Source: Planctomycetota bacterium (lineage in GTDB: Bacteria; Planctomycetota; B15-G4; JADJEK01). From it: DNA of 64,000 nt. The stretch is from the NCBI GenBank assembly GCA_044225365.1, contig JBGAIQ010000018.1:1-64000 (forward strand), read 5' to 3'. Positions 29,528 through 40,189 of this stretch are shown piece after piece (position 1 is the stretch's first letter; each line of letters starts with the position of its first letter). The notes below the pieces were generated by a model that made no database searches, was not told where the DNA came from, and worked only from the letters and a program-made list of their open reading frames with translations. A program made the position numbers and the translations under genes.

Positions 29528-30753
29528 CGCGCGCCCTCGGCTCGCTTCGCCATATCCTGCTTCTTGCGCAGGAGCACAGGGTCGTTCGGCGAGAGCTTCA
29601 GGGCCTCCTCGAGCGCGGCTTTCGCGCCAACGCGGTCGCCTGCGGCGAGGCGAGCTTCGGCCAGCGTATCGAGCATGTTGGAGTCCTTGCGACCCGTGAG
29701 GGACACGGCCTTCTCGGCGAGCTTCACGGCCCGGCGCCGGTCGTCGTCGGAGAGCGGTTTGCTCGCGAGATACCACGCGAATTGATTGGCGACCATCGCA
29801 TCGCTGGGCAGTGCTCGAATCGCGACTTCGAACGCCTTGCGACCTTCATCGGTCCGTCCCGAGGTGAGAAGCGCGAGTGCTTTCTTCACCCGCAGGATCG
29901 CGGAATCGGGGTACTTCGCGATGCCGCGATCGAGTTCGTCACATTCGCCGTCGACGTCCCCGCCGTTGTCGAGCACCTGCGCCACTCCCGCGTACGCTTC
30001 GATCGAGAAGGGATCGTCGAGTTGCCCCAGCGTCTCGAGGATCGCAAGCCGTTTGTGCGCTGCTGCGATCTCGGTTGCCTCGCCGTCGCGCCCGAGCGCA
30101 CGCAACAGTTTCGCGAGGTTGAAGTGTGCTCCGAGGTGGGACGGGACTCTTCGGATCACCTCGCGAAGCGCGACCTCCGCCGTCCCGGGTTGTTCGTTCC
30201 GGATCGCGAGCAGCCCCTTCTGGTACAGCCCTTCGATGTTGTGCGGATCGAGTTCCAAGGCTCGCGCGATGGATCTTCCCGCGGCCTCGATGGCATCGGG
30301 ATCGCGCCGCAACGCGAGTTCGCCCTCGATCACCTTTAGTTCGGCCGTCTCGCGGCGAGCGAGCGCGCTTCGGAGCGTCGATTCCGTTCCGTCGAGGTCC
30401 CCCATTTGGAGTTCGGTGCGACAGACGAGGACCGCTGCCTGCGCGTGTCCCGGATCGATCTCGAGCGCCTTCTTCAGTTCGTCGAGGCCGCGCTGCTGGA
30501 TCCCCCCGACGAGAAGGGTCGAGCCGAGTTCGAACCGCAGGCGCGCGTTGTCGGGGTCCCGGGTCACCTGCTGCGTGAGCTCGTCGACGCGGGCCTGGAC
30601 CTTGCGGTACGCATTGGTCGCGTAGGCGACTTTCTGATCCGACGACCGCGCGGCTGGGGAATGGGACGCTGGCGTGCCCGGAGCGGGCGCATCGCGACCG
30701 CAACCGAGAACGAGAACGCAGAATAGAAATCCAACACAGCGCAGCGACGCCAT
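29524..30753 (-). CDS. TPR-repeat lipoprotein
   Basis: VLGC lipobox; repeated ALE.DP TPR motifs; AWYLA...DTLAEA. Confidence 0.85.
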   Translation of the reverse strand: MASLRCVGFLFCVLVLGCGRDAPAPGTPASHSPAARSSDQKVAYATNAYRKVQARVDELTQQVTRDPDNARLRFELGSTLLVGGIQQRGLDELKKALEIDPGHAQAAVLVCRTELQMGDLDGTESTLRSALARRETAELKVIEGELALRRDPDAIEAAGRSIARALELDPHNIEGLYQKGLLAIRNEQPGTAEVALREVIRRVPSHLGAHFNLAKLLRALGRDGEATEIAAAHKRLAILETLGQLDDPFSIEAYAGVAQVLDNGGDVDGECDELDRGIAKYPDSAILRVKKALALLTSGRTDEGRKAFEVAIRALPSDAMVANQFAWYLASKPLSDDDRRRAVKLAEKAVSLTGRKDSNMLDTLAEARLAAGDRVGAKAALEEALKLSPNDPVLLRKKQDMAKRAEGAR

Positions 30754-30887
30754 GGCCGATCCCCGGAATATACCCTACGAAAATCTCCAATGGGCGCCGG
30801 ATCCGGTGCCCACGTCGCAGCCCCGACCAATGTGTTAGAAAGAGATCGGCCAGCGCCTCGGCCCACTTGTCTGCAACGAATCACGTC

Positions 30888-31673
30888 ATGACCGAGATCC
30901 ATCCCAGTCCTGCGCCGGATCCACGAGGGCCCGGCTCGCCTCCCATCGCCGGAATGGTCGCGATGGGTGTCATGGCCGCCGGCATTGCTCTCCTCGCGCC
31001 CTGGATCGTGGATCGTGCCGCGGTGGAGCACATCCTGTTGCTCGATCGGGTCGTCGAATGCGCATCGAAGCACGACGGATCGCCCAGCTTCGTCCGGACC
31101 ATCCTCGAGCGTGAGCGCTTTCACTTCGTCGCCAACCTCGAGACGATCGGCTCGGTCCTCGCCATCGGGTTCTTCTCCGCGGCGGCTTTCTTGAAGTCCT
31201 CGCGAACCCCGTTGCGACTCGCTCCGGCTCTGCTGCCCTTCGTGATCGCGGCCGTCGTGGCCGTGGCGTTCGAATTCGGGAATCAGGTCCTGCTCGCGAT
31301 GAACGGCGCGCGCGACGGGCTCTTCTCGGAGGATGTCTCGGCGCGAGACCGCCGTGCCTTCGATGCCGCCGTCGCGCCGTCGACGACGGTGATCGAACGC
31401 ACGCCCGAGACCGCGCGGATCGTCATCATCGACTTCTCGGACCCCCAAGTCGTCAAGAAGTTCGGCTACCTCGTGTATCCACGAAGGGTCTTCATGCCTC
31501 CCCGAATCGACTTCCGCTTCTCGGCGGAACAAGTGCGAAAGATTCTAAAGGAGCTGCCGCACGGCATCGACTGGTGTTTCGACGCCGGATACACCCACCT
31601 CGTCGATCTGCGCACGCTCGAACTCGCGAACGATCCGAGCGCGATCATCGACCTACGGGAACTCCCGCGATGA
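30888..31673 (+). CDS. Hypothetical membrane protein
   Basis: Three hydrophobic segments, YLVYPRRV motif; ATGA-coupled to the next gene. Confidence 0.65.
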   Translation: MTEIHPSPAPDPRGPGSPPIAGMVAMGVMAAGIALLAPWIVDRAAVEHILLLDRVVECASKHDGSPSFVRTILERERFHFVANLETIGSVLAIGFFSAAAFLKSSRTPLRLAPALLPFVIAAVVAVAFEFGNQVLLAMNGARDGLFSEDVSARDRRAFDAAVAPSTTVIERTPETARIVIIDFSDPQVVKKFGYLVYPRRVFMPPRIDFRFSAEQVRKILKELPHGIDWCFDAGYTHLVDLRTLELANDPSAIIDLRELPR

Positions 31674-33109
31674 ACTTCGCCTCCGGCGCCGCCCTGACCG
31701 CGATCGCGTGCGGATTCGCTGTGTTCGTCGCTGCCGGCGACGCTCTCGGATCCTGGATCGCTCCGAGCCTGCGACGCACGACGACGGGGCGCGTCGGAAT
31801 CGCGCTCGTGCTCGGGCCCGGCGTCGTGGCGTTCACAGCGTTCGTGGCGAATCTGTGCCGCGTCCCCTTCTCTCGTCCACTCTCGGTCGCGCTCGCGATC
31901 GCTGCGTTCGCCGCGTGGGCGATCGCAAGATCCAAGGGACCCGCGGTCACGGCGACCGAATCGCAGGACGAATCCGACCGAACCACTCGCGTTCGCAGGA
32001 TCCTCTTCGTTGCGCTCGTCCTCGGCCCCGTCGTCCTCGGATTCCTGTTCGCAGCGACCACGCCGCCGTACAAGGACGCTCTCGTCAACTGGAGCTACAA
32101 GTCGAAGATCCTGTGGCACGACGGAACCGTGTTCAGCGACGACTTCCAGCTCGAGAATCGTCACCTCTACCATCCGAACTATCCTCTTCTCGTGCCCCTC
32201 GCCGAGGTCTTCCTCTACGGCCTCGCGGGTACGGCGGACGACCCGCTCGACCGCCTCGCAAAGGGATTCCTCGCGCTCCCGCATCTCGGCATCTCGCTCG
32301 TGATCCTGGCGTTCCTCTCACGTCGCTCTGGACGCGTCCTCGCTCTCGCGCTGACGACTCTCGTCGCCGCCACTCCCCACTTCTACAAGGCCGACCTGCA
32401 GTTTCGATTCGCAGGGTCCGTGCCCTCCGGATACGGCGATCCGATGTTCGCTTCACTCGTGGCGCTCGTCGTCGTCGCACTCGCTTCGTGGCTGACCACG
32501 CGCGAACGCGGCGATCTGGTGCTTGCATCGACCGCCCTGGGTCTCGCGATCTTCACGAAGAACGAGGCGCTTCCGTTCACGCTCGCGATCGCCTCCGCGT
32601 GGGCGGTCGCGCTCGGCTGTGAACGGTCGCGTGGGATTTGGAAAGGGCTCCCCGATCCCAGATCGGCCGCGATCGCGTTCTGCGCGTTCTGCGCGTTCGC
32701 GATTCCATGGCTCGCGTTCCGCCACACGCTTCCGGAACGGGACGAGAACTATCAGCAACTGCTCACGCTCGACAACCTGCGGGCAGGTGCATGGCGATGG
32801 CCGTCGATCGTGGTGTTCGCGATCGAGTCGGCGTTCGCGAGCGACACCTACGGCTTGGTGTGGATCCTCCTGCCCATTGCGCTCGTCTTCTCTATCCGCC
32901 GCGGGTTCGACCCGCCGGTCGTCCTCGCAGGAGTCGCCATGCTCGCGATGATCGTCGTCTACGCCGCCGTGTTCGTCGTCACTCCGCTTCCGATCGTCGA
33001 CTCGCTCGTCACCTCGATCCCCCGCACGTTCTTCCATCTCACGCCGCTCGCCGTCGTCCTCGTCGGAATGCTGGCCAGCCCGCCGAATCCAGACCGAGAA
33101 TCCATGTGA
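31670..33109 (+). CDS. Multi-pass membrane protein, probable GT-C (ArnT/PMT-like) glycosyltransferase
   Basis: DA...W..K.K, HPNYPLLVP, GYGD, TKNEA motifs; about 12 TMs. Confidence 0.65.
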   Translation: MNFASGAALTAIACGFAVFVAAGDALGSWIAPSLRRTTTGRVGIALVLGPGVVAFTAFVANLCRVPFSRPLSVALAIAAFAAWAIARSKGPAVTATESQDESDRTTRVRRILFVALVLGPVVLGFLFAATTPPYKDALVNWSYKSKILWHDGTVFSDDFQLENRHLYHPNYPLLVPLAEVFLYGLAGTADDPLDRLAKGFLALPHLGISLVILAFLSRRSGRVLALALTTLVAATPHFYKADLQFRFAGSVPSGYGDPMFASLVALVVVALASWLTTRERGDLVLASTALGLAIFTKNEALPFTLAIASAWAVALGCERSRGIWKGLPDPRSAAIAFCAFCAFAIPWLAFRHTLPERDENYQQLLTLDNLRAGAWRWPSIVVFAIESAFASDTYGLVWILLPIALVFSIRRGFDPPVVLAGVAMLAMIVVYAAVFVVTPLPIVDSLVTSIPRTFFHLTPLAVVLVGMLASPPNPDRESM

Positions 33110-33945
33110 GTCCAACCGCGGAGACGAACGACGACGATCTGAGGACGCTCGTACGATGCACGTTACCGGGTGTCTTCGGCGCGCGATTCCGGGTGAGCGA
33201 ATCCTCGACGTCGACCAATCTCGACGCACGCCGGGCGATCGACGAGGAGGGCCCATTCGCCGTTCACGGCACCGTGTTCACGACGCTTCATCAAACCGAA
33301 GGTCGGGGAACTCGCGGCCGCAGTTGGTGGTCGCCGCCGGATTCGGCGGTCGCGATCTCGATCGTCGTCGCGCCGATGCGGCCACTCCCGAGTTCCGCTC
33401 CCGTGACCCTCATCGCGGCGCTCGCTCTCTTCGACGCGGCGAGCCGGGTCGGCGCCCACGTCGCGATCCGGTGGCCAAACGACGTCGTCGACCTCCAAGG
33501 GAGGAAGATCGCCGGAGTCCTTGCCGAGGCGCTCGCGACGAGTCCGCCGGCGCTGATCGTCGGTGTCGGGATCAACGTTCGCAAGTCGGCCTTGCAACCG
33601 CCACCTTTCCTCGGTCAACCCTTCTCCGATCTCGAGGCGACCATCCCGTCGCAAACGCAGGAGCCGCGCACGCTTGGTCGTGCCGCGTTCGTCCTACGGT
33701 TCATCCAGTGCTTCGAACACAGAATGGCGGCCTTCGTCCGGAACGGCCTCGCCGACACCATTCGCGACTTCAACGACCGCTCCTACCTGCGAGGTCGGCA
33801 CGTGGTACTGCGGCACGGCTCCTTGCGGCTCGAGGGGGTCTTCTTGGGCATGGATCCTCGATTTCGTGTCGAGATTTCGCCAAGCGAAGGCGAGGCGGTT
33901 GCGTTGCCTGCTGAGCAGCTCGAATTGCTCGAACATCGAGATTGA
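33106..33945 (+). CDS. birA: Biotin--[acetyl-CoA carboxylase] ligase
   Basis: STSTN, QTEGRGTRGRSWWSP, WPND, KIAGVLAE, GVGINV. Confidence 0.85.
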   Translation: MSPTAETNDDDLRTLVRCTLPGVFGARFRVSESSTSTNLDARRAIDEEGPFAVHGTVFTTLHQTEGRGTRGRSWWSPPDSAVAISIVVAPMRPLPSSAPVTLIAALALFDAASRVGAHVAIRWPNDVVDLQGRKIAGVLAEALATSPPALIVGVGINVRKSALQPPPFLGQPFSDLEATIPSQTQEPRTLGRAAFVLRFIQCFEHRMAAFVRNGLADTIRDFNDRSYLRGRHVVLRHGSLRLEGVFLGMDPRFRVEISPSEGEAVALPAEQLELLEHRD

Positions 33946-34020
33946 GGGAACCGACGAACGCCGCATCGGTCCTCTCGCTGCGCCCCAAAAGGCCCGACAC
34001 GGCCGGATCTGGAGTTCGCC

Positions 34021-36282
34021 ATGCAAGCTCAACGCGTACTGACCACGAGCCTCTTCTGCCTCGGATGCGCCGTCTTCGTTCCCGCCGCCCGATCGCAGGG
34101 CATTCTCTATGACATCGCGCCGCGTCGCCCGACGACCGATGTCGTTCGCGCCTCGAATCGATTGGTCCTGGAGGAGGAGCGCATCTCCGGCGACGTGACC
34201 GAGGCTCACGCTCGCTACAAGATCGTCGAGCGATTCCGCAATCCGAACGCGCAACCGATCGAGGGCGTCTATCTCTGCCCGATCCCGCGGGGCGCCACCG
34301 CACGCGGACTCGCGCTCGTCGTCGATGGCAAGCGGATGAACGGCGAGATCCTCGACAGTCAGAAGGCCGGCGACGTGTATCGCGACATCGTTCGTCGCAT
34401 GCGTGACCCCGCATTGCTCGAGCACGTCGGCGACGGACTCCTGCGCGCGTCGGTCTTCCCCGTACCCGCGAACGGCTGCGTCGACGTCGAGATCGACCTC
34501 GAAGCGCCGATCGACGACGTCGGCTCGGGCCTGCTCGAGATTGCCCTTCCCCTGAAGCAGGTCGCCGAAGCTCGGGCGCACCTCGAGATCGATCTCGCCC
34601 TGACGACCGATCGGCATCTCGACACGGTCTATTCGCCGACGCATCCGACGAAGCTGACCCGCAACGGCGACACCCATGCACGCATTCAATTCGAGGGAAT
34701 CGTCGATTCGCCGAGCGACTTCCGACTCTACTTCGCGTCCGACTCGACGAAGGGGGCACTGCGGATCGTCTCGAACCGGCTCGAGGGACGAGACGGCTAC
34801 TTCCAGTTGATGTGCGAAGCGCCCGACGACATCGCCTCCGGCGCCGCCCGCGACGTGGTCTTCGTGCTCGATCGATCGGGTTCGATGCAAGGTGAGAAGT
34901 GGGAACAGGCCGTTCGCGCGATGGCATTCGGCATCCGGTCGCTGCGCCAGGGCGATCGATTCGCTCTCCTCTCGTTCGCGACCGACGTGAGAGCGTTCAC
35001 GGATACCCTCGCCATCGCGTCCGACGCCAACAAGAAGGCGGCGATCGAGCACCTGAACGCCCTGCAGGCCGCGGGCGGCACCGACATCAGCAGCGCGCTC
35101 GGCCGTGCCATGCCGTATCTCGAGGCGAAGCCGGATCGTCTGCCGATGGTCGTCTTCGTCACCGACGGCCTCCCGACCGTCGGTGAAGTCGATGCGACAC
35201 GGATCCTCGATGCCACTACAAAGGGCAACCTCGCGAAGGCGCGGCTGTTCACCTTCGGCGTCGGATACGACGTCAATACCGTCCTGCTCGATCGACTCGC
35301 CGAGGACAACGCCGCGGAATCCGACTACGTCGCCCCGCAGCAGGATCTCGAGATTCCATTGTCCGCCTTCTTCGCAAAGGTCTCGGAACCCGCGATCGTC
35401 GGTCCGCGCCTCGCAGTCGAGGGCGCGGGAATCGAGTTCTTCGATGTCGAGCCGGCTCGCCTGAAAGACCTGTTCGTCGGCGATACATTGCGAGTCGTCG
35501 GGCGATTCCGTGGCGTCGGAAAGGCGAAGGTGACTCTCACCGGCACTCATGGCGGAAAACCGGTGGTCCTCCAGCGCGAGATCGGATTCGAAGCCGCGAA
35601 CGCGAAGAACGATCACCTGCCCGGGCAGTGGGCGTCGCGGCGCATCGGACATCTGCTGAACGAGATCCGCCTCCACGGGCAGACCAAGGAACTCGTCGAC
35701 GCAGTGACCGCACTCGGAACCGAATTCGGGATCGTGACGCCTTACACGTCGGGTCTCGTCGTTGCCGACGGAGTCGAGCGCGGCGGAGACCGTCCGGCGG
35801 CGTCCACCTCGGGCGATCGTGGAAACGGTCCCGCAACGGGCGGCGGACGCAGGGCGCCGGGTGATCGCGACGACGGTCTGACGAGCCTCCGAGCCGGGTC
35901 CGCGGCCAAGCCCTTGGCGCCGGGCTCGACCGACGCGGGCACGGCCCGCGCCAAGGTCTCGGGCGAGCAGGCAGTCCACGATGCCGTTGAGTTGAAGAAG
36001 CTCGAGAAAGGCGACATCGGCGCGCGACGGCTCGCCGATCTCGAGGGTTCGACCCGCAAGGTCGGAACGCGAACCTTCAAGAAGTCCGCGGGGACTTGGA
36101 CCGACTCCCAGTTCGCCGAGTCGATGCGCAAGGAGATGCACGAGATCGTGGCCTTCTCGGACGAGTACTTCGAATTCGCCTCGGCCCACAAGGATCTTGC
36201 CGACGTGCTCGCCCTCGGTGACGACTTGATTGTCGTCGTCGGAGATCGAGCTATTCGCATCCGACCGAACACCGGGGCCTGA
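34021..36282 (+). CDS. Exported VIT + vWA domain protein
   Basis: Signal peptide; FRNP...IEGVY VIT domain, DPALLE; DRSGSM MIDAS, GGTD, TDG, FGVGYDVN; IVTPYTS. Confidence 0.9.
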   Translation: MQAQRVLTTSLFCLGCAVFVPAARSQGILYDIAPRRPTTDVVRASNRLVLEEERISGDVTEAHARYKIVERFRNPNAQPIEGVYLCPIPRGATARGLALVVDGKRMNGEILDSQKAGDVYRDIVRRMRDPALLEHVGDGLLRASVFPVPANGCVDVEIDLEAPIDDVGSGLLEIALPLKQVAEARAHLEIDLALTTDRHLDTVYSPTHPTKLTRNGDTHARIQFEGIVDSPSDFRLYFASDSTKGALRIVSNRLEGRDGYFQLMCEAPDDIASGAARDVVFVLDRSGSMQGEKWEQAVRAMAFGIRSLRQGDRFALLSFATDVRAFTDTLAIASDANKKAAIEHLNALQAAGGTDISSALGRAMPYLEAKPDRLPMVVFVTDGLPTVGEVDATRILDATTKGNLAKARLFTFGVGYDVNTVLLDRLAEDNAAESDYVAPQQDLEIPLSAFFAKVSEPAIVGPRLAVEGAGIEFFDVEPARLKDLFVGDTLRVVGRFRGVGKAKVTLTGTHGGKPVVLQREIGFEAANAKNDHLPGQWASRRIGHLLNEIRLHGQTKELVDAVTALGTEFGIVTPYTSGLVVADGVERGGDRPAASTSGDRGNGPATGGGRRAPGDRDDGLTSLRAGSAAKPLAPGSTDAGTARAKVSGEQAVHDAVELKKLEKGDIGARRLADLEGSTRKVGTRTFKKSAGTWTDSQFAESMRKEMHEIVAFSDEYFEFASAHKDLADVLALGDDLIVVVGDRAIRIRPNTGA

Positions 36283-36402
36283 ACGGCGAGAAGCCAGGGC
36301 AAAAGCGTCGCGCCGTCGGATCACCGGCAGCGCGACGATTCTTTTTCCATCCACCGAGTTCTGAGCTTGAAAGCGCTCGAAGGGTGTGACGACAATCAAG
36401 AC

Positions 36403-37587
36403 GTGCGACTCTCGATCGTCATTCCGGCACTGAACGAAGAGCAAGCGATCGGCGCGACCGTCAACGCCTGCCTCGCGATCGCCCCGACGATTGCATCCGA
36501 AGCGGGCCTCGAGGGAGTCGAAGTCATCGTCGTCGACGACGGCTCCACGGATCGCACCGCGGAGATCGTGCGCGGAATTCCCGGCGCACGACTGATCCAG
36601 CACGACAAGAACAAGGGCTACGGCGCCGCGATCAACACGGGATTCGACCAGGCGAACGGCGAACTGCTCTCCTTCCTCGATGCCGACGGCACCTGCGATC
36701 CGAAGCTCTTCGGTCGGCTCGCGAAAGCCGTGATCGAGAACGATGCGGACGTCTGCTCCGGCTCGCGCCTCGGCAAGGGCAACCAGATGCCCCCGATCCG
36801 CTACCTCGGCAATCGCATGTTCGCTTTCATGATCAATCTCGTATCGCCACAGAAAGTCGAAGATCTCGCGAGCGGAATGCGGGTGATTCGTCGTTCCGCG
36901 TTGTCCCGATTGAAGCCGCTCCCGAACGGCATGCACTACACGCCCGCGATGAGCGCAATGGCGTTGTTCGACCCACAGCTCAAGATCGTCGAGATCCCGA
37001 TCCCCTATGCCGAACGCGTGGGCGAATCGAAGCTCTCCGTGTTCCGCGACGGTCGACGCTTCATGCGCGTACTCTTCGAGATCGCGCTGTCCTACCGCCC
37101 CTTCCCGTTCTTCGGCGGCCTTGGGATCGCCTGCTTCCTCGTCGCGGTGACGTACAGCGTCACTCCACTGCGCGAATGCCTGATCGACCATCGCGAACTA
37201 CCGCAGGACATGATCTACCGGATCTACACGATCGTCGTGCTCTTCATCGCATCGCTCGGTCTCATCGGCACCGGCCTGCTCGCGGAACGAGCGACCGCGA
37301 TCCTGCACCAGCGACGGATCCCCCAGACCCTCACCCACCGCGTGATCGATTGGATCCTGATGCGGCGGCCGTTCCTCGTCTGCCAGATCTTCGCCCTGTG
37401 CGCCTTGGCGGCGAGCTACCGCTCGGTGATCTCGTATCTCCGCATTGGCAAGGTCGAGGAGCATTGGATTCACGCGGTGCTCGGCGGGCTGTTCGCCCTC
37501 TCCGCCGCTCTCATGTTCTCGTTCGGCTGGATGAAGCGCGTCCTCGAGATGCTCGCCGAGCGCCACGCCGCTCGGCGAGGACTGTGA
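36403..37587 (+). CDS. GT2 glycosyltransferase with C-terminal TM region
   Basis: SIVIPALNEE, VDDGSTD, NKGYG, DADG, ERVGESKL. Confidence 0.9.
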   Translation: MRLSIVIPALNEEQAIGATVNACLAIAPTIASEAGLEGVEVIVVDDGSTDRTAEIVRGIPGARLIQHDKNKGYGAAINTGFDQANGELLSFLDADGTCDPKLFGRLAKAVIENDADVCSGSRLGKGNQMPPIRYLGNRMFAFMINLVSPQKVEDLASGMRVIRRSALSRLKPLPNGMHYTPAMSAMALFDPQLKIVEIPIPYAERVGESKLSVFRDGRRFMRVLFEIALSYRPFPFFGGLGIACFLVAVTYSVTPLRECLIDHRELPQDMIYRIYTIVVLFIASLGLIGTGLLAERATAILHQRRIPQTLTHRVIDWILMRRPFLVCQIFALCALAASYRSVISYLRIGKVEEHWIHAVLGGLFALSAALMFSFGWMKRVLEMLAERHAARRGL

Positions 37588-37698
37588 TCGGCCCACCCGG
37601 GCGACTTCCCCCGCTCCCAACGCCCGCCAATTGCCGATCGCCAATGGCCCTGCTCCGCGGTAGGATGCTCGATTCGTCCGGACCGTTGGAAAACGTCC

Positions 37699-38292
37699 AT
37701 GCAGATCCTGCTGGCATCGAACAACGCGAAGAAGCGCAAGGAATTGGAGCGCATCCTCCAAGGCCTGCAGCTCGCCGTTGCAACACCGAAGGACCTGGGA
37801 CTCGATCTCGTTCCGGAAGAAGACGGCGCTACCTTCGCGGCCAATGCACGGATCAAGGCGCTCGCCTTCGCGGCGCTCACCGACCTGCCGGTCCTCGCCG
37901 ACGACTCGGGACTCGTCGTCGACGCCCTGAAGGGCGAACCGGGAGTGCACTCCGCGCGCTACGCGGGCCTGCCGTCGAACGATGCCGCGAATCGAAAGAA
38001 GCTCCTACTGGAACTGCGCGGCATCCCCAGCGCACAGCGCCGCGCTCATTTCGTCTGCGCTCTCGCGCTCGTCCATCGGGGCAAGATCGTTGCGGAGGTC
38101 GAAGGGCGATGCATTGGACGCATCCTCGAAGGCGAGCAAGGCGAGGGCGGCTTCGGTTACGATCCCCTCTTCCTGCATGAGCCGTCGGGCAAGACGTTCG
38201 CCGAACTCGACCCGGATACGAAGGACCGCATCAGTCATCGGGGGACGGCGCTTCGCCTGCTCGCACCCGTCTTGAAGGAGCTTTGGAACTGA
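37699..38292 (+). CDS. rdgB: XTP/dITP diphosphatase
   Basis: ASNN.KK..E, ADDSGL.VDAL.G.PGVHSARY, GFGYDPLF, K..ISHR. Confidence 0.95.
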   Translation: MQILLASNNAKKRKELERILQGLQLAVATPKDLGLDLVPEEDGATFAANARIKALAFAALTDLPVLADDSGLVVDALKGEPGVHSARYAGLPSNDAANRKKLLLELRGIPSAQRRAHFVCALALVHRGKIVAEVEGRCIGRILEGEQGEGGFGYDPLFLHEPSGKTFAELDPDTKDRISHRGTALRLLAPVLKELWN

Positions 38293-38294
38293 CC

Positions 38295-40112
38295 GTGGAC
38301 TCGAGCTCGATCCGAAACTTCTGCATCATCGCGCACATCGACCATGGCAAGTCGACGCTTGCCGACCGTTTCCTCGAGATCACGGGCACGGTCCGCAAGG
38401 AAGCGCTGCTCGAACAGATGATGGACGGAATGGATCTCGAGCGCGAGCGCGGCATCACGATCAAGGCCAAGGCCGTGATGATGAAGTACAAGGCGAAGAA
38501 CGGGAAGGAGTACATCCTCAACCTGATCGACACGCCGGGTCACGTCGACTTCGGTTACGAGGTGAGCAAGGCCCTCCAAGCGTGCGAAGGCGCGTTCCTG
38601 CTGGTCGATGCCGCTCAAGGCATCGAGGCCCAGACGGTCGCGAACGCCCATCTCGCCGAACGCGTGAAACTCGAGGTGCTCCCCGTCATCAACAAGATCG
38701 ACCTTCCCACCGCGCGGCCCGAGCTCATCGAAGAGGAATTCGAACACATCCTCCTCATCGAGAAGGAACGCGTGCTGCGCTGCAGCGCGAAGACGGGCCA
38801 AGGCGTCGTCGATCTGCTCGAAGCTGTCGTGACTCGCGTCCCGGCGCCGCGTGGCGATGCAACGAAGCCTCTCCGCGCCCTGATCTTCGATGCCGTGTTC
38901 GACGACTATCGCGGCGTCATCGTCCACGTGCGCGTGTTCGATGGCTCGATCCAGAAGGGCATGCGCATCCGCATGAAGGGCGTGAGCGCCACGCACGAAG
39001 TACTCGAGGTCGGCGTGTTCAAGCCGCGCGAACTCGTCGCCCAGCCGGTCCTCAGCATGGGCGAGGTCGGCTACATGATCTGCAACATCAAGACGCTCTC
39101 GGACGTACGCATCGGCGATACGGTGTGCCCCGAGAAGGAAGCCGCGAACGTCGAAGCGCTGCCCGGATATCAGCCGCCGCTCCATATGGTGTTCTGCGGG
39201 ATCTACCCGGTGAACAACATGGACTTCGAGGCACTGCGCAAGGCACTCGACAAGCTCGCGCTCAACGACGCTTCGTTCTCGTACACACCGGAATCGTCCG
39301 AGGCGCTGGGCTTCGGATTCCGCTGCGGCTTCCTCGGCCTCCTCCACATGGAGATCGTGCAGGAACGCCTGGAGCGCGAGTCGAACATCGACATCGTCCA
39401 GACCGCTCCGAACGTGACCTACGAGATCCTGACGACGAAGAAGGAAGTCGTTCGGATCGAAAGCCCGTCACAGCTCCCCGAGCCGAACTACATCGAGGAG
39501 TTCCGTGAGCCGATCGCGAAGCTCGAGATCATCACTCCCGCGGAGTACGTCGGTCCGCTCATCACGCTCGCCGTCGAACGCCGCGGTCGCTTCAAGCATC
39601 AGGAATACATCTCCGAAACGCGCGTGATGCTCACGTTCGAAGTGCCGCTCGCCGAGATCATCTTCGACTTCTATGACAACCTGAAGTCGATCACCCGCGG
39701 CTACGGCACGATGGACTACGCCGTCACGGGGTACGAGGCCGCCAACCTCGTGAAGATGCGCATCCTCGTCTCGGCCGCCGAAGTCGACGCGTTGTCGACG
39801 ATCGTGCATCGCGATCAGGCGGAGTTCCGCGGTCGCAAGATGCTCGCAAAGCTCCGCGAGGAGATTCCGCGGCACATGTTCGAGGTCGCGCTCCAGGCTG
39901 CCATCGGCGGCAAGATCATCGCGCGCGAGAACATCCGCGCCATGTCGAAGAACGTCACGGCGAAGTGCTACGGCGGTGACGTGACGCGGAAGCGCAAGCT
40001 CCTCGAGAAGCAGAAGGAAGGCAAGCGCCGCATGAAGATGGTCGGGAGGGTCGAGATCCCTCAGACCGCCTTCCTTTCGGTCTTGTCGGTAAACCGTAAT
40101 TCCGAGAAGTGA
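38295..40112 (+). CDS. lepA: Translation elongation factor 4
   Basis: IRNFCIIAHIDHGKSTLADR, DTPGH, NKID, GFRCGFLGLLH, KCYGGD.TRKRKLL. Confidence 0.98.
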   Translation: MDSSSIRNFCIIAHIDHGKSTLADRFLEITGTVRKEALLEQMMDGMDLERERGITIKAKAVMMKYKAKNGKEYILNLIDTPGHVDFGYEVSKALQACEGAFLLVDAAQGIEAQTVANAHLAERVKLEVLPVINKIDLPTARPELIEEEFEHILLIEKERVLRCSAKTGQGVVDLLEAVVTRVPAPRGDATKPLRALIFDAVFDDYRGVIVHVRVFDGSIQKGMRIRMKGVSATHEVLEVGVFKPRELVAQPVLSMGEVGYMICNIKTLSDVRIGDTVCPEKEAANVEALPGYQPPLHMVFCGIYPVNNMDFEALRKALDKLALNDASFSYTPESSEALGFGFRCGFLGLLHMEIVQERLERESNIDIVQTAPNVTYEILTTKKEVVRIESPSQLPEPNYIEEFREPIAKLEIITPAEYVGPLITLAVERRGRFKHQEYISETRVMLTFEVPLAEIIFDFYDNLKSITRGYGTMDYAVTGYEAANLVKMRILVSAAEVDALSTIVHRDQAEFRGRKMLAKLREEIPRHMFEVALQAAIGGKIIARENIRAMSKNVTAKCYGGDVTRKRKLLEKQKEGKRRMKMVGRVEIPQTAFLSVLSVNRNSEK

Positions 40113-40189
40113 CTCGAAAACGATATCGGTAGTCTTTTCGCCGCTGAGATGGGGTCGGCCTCCCGTCGACTCGAGACCCGTTTGATCGC

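Noticed and set aside
33460-33485. BirA RWPND instead of the usual KWPND
   Set aside because: Conservative substitution with other catalytic motifs intact; not evidence of a new function
33694-37191. 1165-aa minus-strand ORF, and similar long ORFs such as 1844-3289, 6364-7812, 27869-29785 and 61564-63282
   Set aside because: Antisense or alternate-frame shadows of well-supported genes; expected in high-GC DNA and without recognisable motifs
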